From: Paramecium tetraurelia
Taxonomy: Eukaryota
DNA length: 64,000 nt
Reading direction: 5' to 3'
Assembly (NCBI GenBank): GCA_000165425.1
Contig: CT868096.1
Location: forward strand, 826,601-890,600
A program made the translations under genes and the position numbers. Shown in pieces: positions 54,185 to 64,000 of the stretch. Every line of letters starts with the position of its first letter. The first letter of the stretch is position 1. The notes beneath the pieces were generated by a model that ran no database searches, was not told the origin of the DNA, and was given only the letters and a program-made list of their open reading frames with translations.

Positions 54185-54878
54185 AACAATTTTTCATTTC
54201 AGAAGGAATTTAGAAAAATTTCAGATTTATTGATTTTATATAAGCTTGTGTGTCAAATAAATTATTGAAGGCAGAGAATATTATCAAAACTATGAATATT
54301 TTGATGATTATTAATTGATTAAAATTGATATACTTATATTTTAATGTAATAATGATTAAAATTAAGTATCATCTAAACAATTTTGGAATATGAATACATA
54401 TTAAATACTATTTTTGGTTCTACAATTATTAGTTTGTTTTTTATTATTAGTTTAGATATTAGCATTGAAATGCAGTTACATTAAGAATTAATTTTTAGTA
54501 AAATCTGTAAATTATATGAATAATCTTTGGTAATGTTATTTTAGATTATCCAATTAAATTTATTAATATTAAACAACTTCTGATCAATAAAATCAGAAAA
54601 ATATCATTTTGTTATTCTATTAATATTCTACTCAAAAAGAGTGACTTTTTATGTAGTTAGGATGAGTTTATTAATATGATAATAATTTCTAAATTCACTG
54701 TTATTCAATTTTAGCACAAAAATTAATTTAACTAAAATATTAATTCTCATAATGTTTTCTATTTTAATAGTATTATTTATAAATCTCTTTTCATTTTTTA
54801 TATTAATTAAAAATAAAATTCTGATTAAATTTGTATTATATGCAATTGTGCTCAAATTTAATAATTTAATTAATTATA

Positions 54879-56817
54879 ATGCATCAATAATTGCCGCCAG
54901 AATAACTAGATCGACTTATTTGTTTGGAAGCCAGAATTCACAAAAAATCGAAAGAGGAAATCATCCAAGAGCAATTCTTATAGATAGAGAGTGAGAAATA
55001 AACAGATGAGAATGATCGTAATAAACAGAATATGGATTCTAATAAAAAGTCTGATGACTTAAAGTGTTCTCAAAACAGTGAGAATTCTCCCTAGAAATTG
55101 TTTACTTCATAAAATTTGAGTCCTGTATAAAAGAAAAGCATAATTACTAAGAAACATTCATAGTAGAAAAAAAAGAAAAAGACCAAGGAAGGCTAATAAA
55201 AAGATGTATATTGATTGAAAAAATTCATAGATCACTCAGTATTTGTAGTATTAAAAAAAGTAATAAAAAGCAAAGAAGTGTGAATAAAAATTAATGGAGT
55301 ATTCAATCTAAGATTCTCCCTTTAAAAATAAAAGTCCATTGCCTAGTGATCCAGCACTAGAGAAACAACTAAAAGAAAAATAAAATTAAATTGCAATTTC
55401 TGAAATAAAAATAAAAGAACTCGAAACTCATAACTCAGAACTTCGCGAAACAATATCTGTAAGTAATATATAAACTAATGTTTTAGTCATTAACTGAATA
55501 GTAATTGAGGATCTAGGATGTAGTGAAACAATTTGCTATAGAGAACGAGAAACTTAAGAAGTAATAATTGCAAGTCTAATTGTAAACAAATCGAGTTAGG
55601 CTTGGTGAGTATGTAGTTTAGAGAGAGAAAACTGCTTTAGTAGATGTTTGGATTGACGGTTAAGAATTGAGAGAAGCCAAGGAATAGTCTAAAAGATTGG
55701 AGGTCTTGAAAGCAGAATATGAAAATAAAAAGAAGAACTCGAAAAACAAAGAAGAACAAGAAATGAGAACTCTTAATGTTAAGCTAAACTTTTTGATCAA
55801 AGAGGAATAATAACTCTAAGAAACAGTTGACAGACTCGAAACAGAAAAGAATTTACATATCAAATAATTAAAACGAGTCTACGAAGAAGAACATGCAAGA
55901 TTTACAAAAAATAATGACTATCCATTAATTGGGGAAAGATATTAAGTTCTAAGTCTATTAGGAAAAGGCGGGTTTAGTGAAGTTTATAAAGTATTATTAT
56001 ATCTTAATAAGGCCTATGATCTTTAAGAATTAAGAGAAGTGGCATGTAAAATACATTAGTTGAATTCCAATTGGTCAGATCATGCAAAACAAAATTACAT
56101 AAGACATGCTATTAGAGAAAATAGGGTTCATAAGGAATTGAATCATCCTCATATTGTGAAACTGTATGATTCAGTTGAAATTGATAAATCTTCCTTTTGT
56201 ACAGTTTTGGAATTGTGTGATGGGCCAGATCTTGCTTATTACATTAAAAAGTACAAATGCTTTCCAGAAAAGGAAGCTAAATTGCTGGTAGGATAAATTA
56301 TCTCGGCCATTAAATATTTAAATAACCATAAGAATAAGATTATTCACTATGACTTAAAACCCTAAAATATTTTATTCCATTTAAATGAACTAAAAATTTC
56401 AGATTTTGGATTATGCAAAGTTTTGGAAGATGACAATTCAAAATTACAACTCACTTCTCAAGGAGTAGGAACATATTGGTATTTGCCTCCAGAATGTTTC
56501 CACATGGGAGATTAACCTCCAAATATTTCTAGCAAAGTGGATATTTGGAGCATTGGAGTGATATTTTTTGAGATGCTGTTCGGTCAAAAACCATTTGGTT
56601 AAGGAGTCAGCCAAGAAAAGATATTAAAAGAACAAGTAACATTTTATTAGAGTTTTAGATCATTGTAAAATCTCAATCTGTGACTTTCCCTTAGAAACCA
56701 ATAATTTCAAATGAATGCAAAGAATTCATTAGAGGTTGTCTAGCCTATAATCAAGTAGATCGTTTGGATGTGCATCAGGCTTCCAATCATCCATACTTTT
56801 AGAAAAAATTAAATTGA
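54879..56817 (+). CDS. TLK: Tousled-like kinase
   Basis: N-terminal [86 protein letters not shown]. Confidence 0.95.
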
Positions 56818-56840
56818 TTATATTTAAATTATAAGAAATT

Positions 56841-58529
56841 TCATTTAGCACATTTGATCTTTGCATTAACTAATCTTTGATTGAGGATATCTGTTAGTGT
56901 TTCCTTCGGCATTTTTCTCATCTAATGTTAAATGCAATCAAATTACTTATTCAAAATATCTCTGATCATTAAATCTAATATTGACATCACTTAAATTTTT
57001 ATCGAAAAATTCGTTGAGTTAACTAGTTTCTAATAAGTCAATAAGTCCAACCAAAAGCTTTTATTGTAAATCCTCAGTTAAATTTACTTATCTTTCTCTA
57101 CTTTCCTCAATGTAACTAATTAATAAAGAGGTGTAAAGTTTCAAATTATTAAACTATGGAGACATCAATTCATTTCTAATTTACGTTGTTAAATCATTCT
57201 GTTGCATATGTCTAATCACTTTTTATGCTTCATTTTTAAATGATTCAATATTCATCAATAATTATTCGCTTTCTCTTTGAAAAGTAGAATTGAATTATTT
57301 ATACTCGTTGCTACCTTAGAATTCCTCCCATCTACTTTCCCTTCTGTGATCTTAGTCTAGTTGTTTTTTAATTACTTCAGTCTAATTCTATGCTAATTTC
57401 ATCAGAAAATAAGCAATGATAGCTGTCTTTTGTGAGAACGACAAGCTACCATGAAGTTAAACAGCAGAAACAGTATTTTATTCTAATAAGAATGATACCA
57501 TTTAGGCTAAGAATATAATTTTGCTCCTCTCTCTCAAAAGCACTCTCAAGTTCTAAAAGTCTTACTGTTGTTGTTATTAAGGTTGATTGTTTGTCATGTT
57601 GGTTCTATCCTATAGTACTTGGTTAGTTGATGCTTATTTTTTGAGCATTTAAGGTAAATTCTAAATTGGATTAGTATTGGCGCTGCAAGTGATTTATTTC
57701 GCTACACTTGGTTCTTCATAAAAGGTGATTTGCATTAATTGTTGCCAGTCTACTCTTTTACGAGGATCAACTTGCAACATTGAACGAATAAGTTCTTCAC
57801 ATTTTCTTGAGAGTTGATTCACATGCTTAGGGAATGTGATCTCTTTGTTGTCAATTTGCATAATCAATCTAGCTATAGATTTATCTTCAAAAGGACAAAA
57901 TCCAAATAAACACTCATAGAGGACAACTCCCAAAGACCAAACATCTGCTTTGCAATTATAAGAACACCCTTTTAATACTTCTGGAGCCATATAGATTGGT
58001 GAACCAACCATGGTTTGGGTCAGGTCATTGTTATGAAGTAAGCTTTTGCAAAAACCAAAATCGGCTACTTTCACAATTTAATCGTGAAACAGGATATTGG
58101 ATGGTTTTAAATCTCGATGGAGTATATTTTCACGCACCAAAGATCTAATATAGATTTACCTAATTACCTGAAGGCATTAAGAATTTAAGCAAATATCTTC
58201 ATAGTTTCTGGTTCTGTTAAGAATTTTCTCTTTTACAATAATGCTTCTAATGTATCACCATTGCAAAAGTCATAAATCAAGTACATATTATTTTGAGTTT
58301 TAAGCATTTCAATAAATTTAACTATATTTTGATTATCTATTTTTGATAGAGTTTGTATCTCATTAATAGTGAATTCATGTAATTTGGGGACCTCTCTAAA
58401 TTTTTCCAATTTGACCACTTTGATTGCAACAATCTGATCATTTTTCATATTTTTAGCCCTATACACTTTACCATATTGCCCGCTTCCTATCACATCTTGT
58501 AGAACATAATTTTCAATCACTTTGCTCAT
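56841..58529 (-). CDS. ULK/Atg1-like Ser/Thr protein kinase
   Basis: IGSGQYGKVY, VAIK, ILHRDLKPSN, ADFGFCK, TMVGSPIYMAPE, DVWSLG; helical C-terminal region. Confidence 0.85.
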
Positions 58530-59113
58530 TTCAGTTAATTAATAATTTAAAATAAAAACCAACAACTAAATATTAATACATATTAAAATATATGATATTT
58601 TTAATTAATTTCTTCTTTTTCACTTGGCTAAATTATGAATTTATACTCTATAACTACATTATAATTATAAATAGATAATTAATTATAGGAGGAATAATAA
58701 AAAATACATAATTTTATAGTAATCATTAAAGAAATTAGAAATTGAAAGACAAATTTTATTAATCATATTGGATTCAATACCTAAGAAGTTGATCATTTCA
58801 TTAAAACATTGGAAATAGGAACAAGGTTATGTAAGGATAACAGGAGTAAAACTACTGATAGATTTTAATTCAGGATTTGATTCCAATTTACCCACAAAAT
58901 AAAGAATGTATTGATATAGATTAAACATAAGTAGAACATTTTTAGGAGATGGATTTTGATCGCATAATCAACCTTCAAAATATGATTCAATTTTAAAACT
59001 TTTTCTTAGAAATATTTCTATTTATATAATGATAATTCCTATTTATATATTCATTTTGTAGCTAAGTGTTTAATGATAGCTTTATTATTGACAATTCCTG
59101 TATTTAATTAATG

Positions 59114-62100
59114 TCAGCCTGGGAATACAATCAGTCCAGAAAGCGTGTCTTTGAATTTTGGTTGAACTAAATTAGTAGCATAAGCATATTTGATTTATAT
59201 GATTCTCAAGAATATAATATACATTAAATTTACGATTGGAATAATATTATTATGAAATAAGTTTCAATAAAACTATTCTTCTGACATATAAAATTATTGG
59301 CTAGTAAATCTACTTTAAGCTAAATTGTTATGAGTATTTGTCAATTTAGATTGGGTTGTCATATCTTCAGTACTATTGAAAGGCTTTATTACTGAAGTAC
59401 TAGTTTTTAACAACTACACAAATTAACAATATAAATTACTTGTCTTTTGGAAAATATCGAGCAGGTGTATCCTAATCGCATAATAAATCTTTAGAGATGA
59501 TTACATAAAATGTCTTGTCCACACATTTTATGAATGGCAGCTAATCTCTAATAGAAAGCTTTGAATTCATAATAAGTAATGTTTTCATGCTTTCCTTTTT
59601 TATAGTATTTTCTAAGTAGCTCTTATACATTCTCAACTCCTTTAGTTTTTTTATTTTGAATTTGATTAAATAAGGTTCGCAAGAAGGTTTCTCCTTTTAA
59701 TTCATGAGGTTTGAATAGTTGTAGTTATTTGCCATCATTTTCTTAATTTTATATTGATTTCACTACTTCCTCGTAAGTTAGCTAATCTACTTAATCTATT
59801 TTTAAATCTGCAGCCATATTAAAAATATCTTTAGCTTCATCTTAATCCAATTATTCCTAGGGATCTATAGGTTATCTGGATGGCTACCTTTAAACTGTAG
59901 ATTCCTTCTTCTAACTTTATGAATAGAATTTAGTTGATTTTTATTTAAAATTTTAATTTTGACTTCTTTAAGTCTCCATTTGTTTCTAAGCCCCTTACTT
60001 GGAACTCATCTATACTTAATCATCATCTGATTCATATTTTAACAGAGATTCTTGAGATTATTATTTACTATGATTTTTGGTTTAATTGGAACTCACTCTT
60101 TCAGTATCAAAGCCGTATTTTTGAACAACATTTCTAAAGGATTGTTGTTGCTTCAATAAGGCATTTTACTCTTCAGACAATTAATTGAGATTCTTTGATT
60201 AAATCATTTTTGGGATAGCTTATAAGACTTTCTATTAAATTTCAATAGGTAATCCCAGATTCAAGATGAAGTTTTCTATAAAATTAGTGAACAACTCAAT
60301 ATCTGTTTGTTACTCCTATTCTACCATTCTTTGTTTCCATGATGCGAAGTATTCGGCTGGATTTTCATCATTGACTTTTATGGCCATTTTAATTGGTTAT
60401 TAGATGGTAGTACTGGATCTTCGTATATGAGATTATGAGGATTGCTAAGAAGAAAGACGAGATTTTGAATGTCTACTGACTTCATCTTCTTCTTTAATTA
60501 GATGTATTCTTGTTTTATTACTTTCAATTATCCTAGTTGACCCTCTGTTAGAATTTATTGCTTGATCTTCTGGAATTTCTTTCATGGAATCTGTTGATTT
60601 CCTGGCGTATTTATTTTTTGTTTTATTTGATAATAAGGTTTCCGACTTTTTGTATCCTTTAACTTACTTATTTTGTTGTGGAGTATTGGATATTTGAACA
60701 CTTTATTATCCCTATTAAAATTGTGATTAATCATAACTTTCAGTTTAGATTCTCCTGTCTGAGGGACTCGAATCATTTTTCCTATCTGTCAAAGTCATTT
60801 TTCTCCCTGATGTTGTCCTTTATGTATCCTGAATAGTTTAAGCTTAAGTTAGATCAGTATCGGGAATGGTTGAGTCACCAATTTTCATTTAATTTACCGT
60901 AGACTTTCTTACAATCGAGGAAGTTAATTGTTAATCAGATTTTGTTATTGAACTCATTTTTCGTAATAATTAGCCATTGTCATTATTCGGAGATACACTC
61001 TTTCTGATTTACTGTTATGATTGTTATTACAACAGCAAACCACTCTTTTGCATTTGCTCTTCATCTAGTTCTTCTATTGATTTTTAATCAAGTGTTGTTT
61101 ATTTGTTGGGTTGCTTGGATGGATGAAGTTCTGTAGATGAATGTTACAACCCTCTTTTATTTTATTATGTATCTGATGTTTGACTACTATTTTTTGAGAT
61201 CTTTTAATCTTTCTAGGATTGGACATGCTGTGTAAAACTCATTCTATGTACAACGTCAGTGCTTTATCTTTTTGTGTAATCGCTGTATTAGATCTATCGA
61301 TTCGATTCGCCACGGTAGCCAATTGAAAAATTATCTTCATCCTAAGGAAAATCAAATTAGGATTTAATTTTGCTTGTAGCTTTGGGTGAATCTTTGTTGG
61401 ATTGATCTTAACTATTACCAAAGTCCATCTATAGGCTTCTTTGGTCTGCTGGTATTGATTTCTTCTTATTTAATTCTCCAGTTAATTGATACAGTCTTTA
61501 TTATAGTTCTTAATTCTCCTTTTATAATTTTGATATTTGTTATTGCATAGTTTGATCTGAAACTTAGACTGCCTAATCTTAAAATGTCTTGCTAGTTATT
61601 ACTAGCAATTGCTTCTCTAATTTTTGTTTATCATATAACAGTTGAGTTCGTTCTTACTCTATAGTCTTTTCAGCAATTTTGGTGGATTCAATTTCAATAT
61701 TTTATTGCATTATTTAGTTCTCCATTTACCTTACTTTATTCCATAACTCTGAGTTCTCCATAAACTTTTTGTCCAGTTCAACATTTTTATTTGACAACTC
61801 CTTTTACAATTGCTCTGTATTATCTGCTCTTCTTAAAGTTGGGGCCTTGCGTTCCCTATTGGAACTGGACAACATTTATTGAGAATTTTATTTGGGCAAT
61901 TTCCTTTCCGAATCCTATTTGGCTCTCCTTACTATAAATCCAGACACGAATTTCATTAAAACCTTATAGGTCTCATGCTAAACATTCTGATAACTATCAT
62001 TGATATAGTCTATGAATTCATTCAATATGTTGGGTATCATATCTTATTGGATTTATTGTTTTTAAGTATCCAAAATTACTGTTTCGATATCCATGGTCTT

Positions 62101-62977
62101 CTAAATCATTTACTTATGCACTCCCTTCAGTTTGTCATTCACCTATTAAGTCTATAAGGTATATCTATAATCAATTCTTTCATTTAGAAACTTCTGCAAC
62201 TCCATACTGTGTTTGTCGCTATCTTTTACTATCTCTTACAATTTGCTTTCATGATATTCCTACCCAATTACGATATTACTTTACCTTCTTAAAATTCCTC
62301 ATAACCTCCAAAATATCGAGATTTGTATCTGTTCCTTATGATATGCATAACTTAATTTTTGGATCATATCGTTTCATAACAATTTACACATTTAATTTAT
62401 TACTTTGCTTCAAAACTTCATTTAAGATACATTTCTGATGATCATCTAGTTCGTATTGCATCCTTGATGAATTATTCAAAGTTCGATCATTCTGTAGATC
62501 GAAAGAATTCAATCGAATCGAAGGCAGTGCATTTGAGTTTTTGCTACTTAATTAACGATTCTTTATTCTCTCATTTTCTGCTAACGGCGATTGGAAGCCT
62601 CCGACTCTAGCCCCTCCCAACCTACCAGTTTGTCCTCCTTCCATCATTCTCTACTTCATTCGTTACATCAAATCAGTTCTAGACAATGGTTCATGTTCAT
62701 GCTCCCCCTCCGTTTGCATTTGATTACTATTCTGAACTGATTTCAATACATCCTTCCAAACTTACGTATATCTCCCTATAGCATGACTATAGTCATTTTA
62801 ATCTCTCGCTTAAAGCATATAGCATAGTTCATTTGATGTAAGCTCCAAATCTTACAGAAATTTTGGCAAACTAATAGAACTTCCTTGTTTAAGCACATTT
62901 TTGCTCAAACCCATTAGAAATTCCCCTATCTTCTCTAAAGTTGCTTTCTCCTACTAAGAAGCTGGAGTAAAAATCAT
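59114..62977 (-). CDS. Large low-complexity/coiled-coil hypothetical protein
   Basis: MIFTPASQQEKATLEKIGEFLMG..., long Q/S/E-rich table 6 ORF; ends KFKDTLSGLIVFPG*; could be more than one gene. Confidence 0.5.
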
Positions 62978-63013
62978 TAAGCGTATTATATATATATATA
63001 ATATATAACTAAG

Positions 63014-64000
63014 TCACATAAGTTCTGAATATGTTTCCTCGATAATATTGGATTGCTATTACTGTGTTCCCTATCCTGGCTTCTTTTAAAATACACCACT
63101 CTAAACAACTTAAGATTGGGCATCCTCTCCAGTCTAAAATATCTTACCACCCTAGTAATCTTCATGCAACTTGGATCTATATTGCAATCCACCAACCTAA
63201 GAATAATTGACAGAACTGTTGTAAACATCCCAAACATTATCGAATTTCAAAGCAGGTTCAGTATTCAAAGATACAACAGCATTCTCTTATAATCTCTTTA
63301 TTTCTTCTCTTCTTCTCATCCTATTCTCATCTAATTCATTGTTGATTTGCTTCATTTTATTACTGTGATCCTAGAAATTATATTGCATCAATTGTGAATC
63401 AGCAATGTTTCCCTTAAATAACGCAGATTGAATATCAAAGTTAGGCGAATGATTCTCTTTAACCTACAAATCCTTGATCAAGAGTTCTTGTGCTTCCACC
63501 TTTTTCTAATATTGCTCAATTTCTTTTTATAACTTTTTGACCTATTCCTATTACAGTACTTTGTGATCATTCAACATTCCATCCTTGTGATTGATAGTTG
63601 TTTTATATAAAGTCATCTCTTCCTCTTTCAATCTTATGTCTGTTTCATATTTTCTACATAATTCCTAATCTCTTCTCTGAGCATCACTTACTGCTCTTAG
63701 ATTTTCTTTCATTTATTCATATTCATACTCCATTTCCTTTCTTCTCTTTTTAACTTCTCTTACTTATTCAACATACTTTTTATTTTCCTCCACCATTTGT
63801 TCATTTTCCCTTTACAAAGTCTTAATAGTTGACTTCAAATTCTCCATATTCCTTAGATCTCCCTCTAGCTATTTTAGTTTATTTCTAATCTATTCTCTCT
63901 CCTCATAGAATTCAGTCTCAGCTGAAGCTTTGGCTGCATGTATTTATGCCTCATACTTTCTGCGAATCACATCCTCATTGCCATTTGCATCAGCCAATTT
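63014..64000 (-). CDS. Coiled-coil protein, 3' part (5' end outside window)
   Basis: ..EDVIRRKYEAQIHAAKASAETEFYEEREQIRNKLKQLEGDL.. ending EETYSELM*. Confidence 0.6.

Noticed and set aside
60582..60776. 64-aa minus ORF suggesting a frameshift or separate gene
   Set aside because: It is an alternative frame; the neighbouring frame stays open through this region in table 6.
1..64000. Telomeric repeats, IESs, transposons, tRNA/rRNA genes
   Set aside because: No (C4A2/C3A3)n tracts, transposase or RT motifs, or recognisable structural RNAs were seen. Short insertions in genes have GT..AG ends (introns), not TA-bounded IES ends.

Overview
AT-rich, gene-dense eukaryotic DNA, almost certainly a Paramecium-type ciliate macronuclear chromosome. 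Genes open up only when TAA/TAG are read as Gln with TGA as the sole stop (translation table 6). They carry tiny (~20-32 nt) GT..AG introns, and intergenic gaps are often only 20-80 nt. The supplied standard-code ORF track is therefore mostly fragments or antisense artefacts. Manual re-translation gives about 38 genes. Recognisable products include a 3-repeat Myb factor, a giant coiled-coil protein with a GRIP-like tail, an IGHMBP2-type SF1 helicase (R3H + AN1), dTMP kinase, poly(A) polymerase, RPS15, a Schlafen/AlbA_2 protein, three RING E3 ligases, an EF-hand protein, AlaX, CDC73, an ankyrin-DHHC palmitoyltransferase, p24, POT1/TEBP-alpha, Tousled-like and ULK-like kinases. Best leads: (1) a Schlafen-domain protein with an apparently intact nuclease motif; (2) a tandem pair of predicted myristoylated/palmitoylated SILK+RVxF PP1-docking orphans; (3) an ELMOD3-like protein lacking its GAP motif; (4) a POT1-family gene; (5) a frameshifted PH-domain pseudogene. 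No rRNA, tRNA, transposon, telomeric or CRISPR feature was recognised. Coordinates were derived by hand and all family calls are by motif recognition, not by database search.
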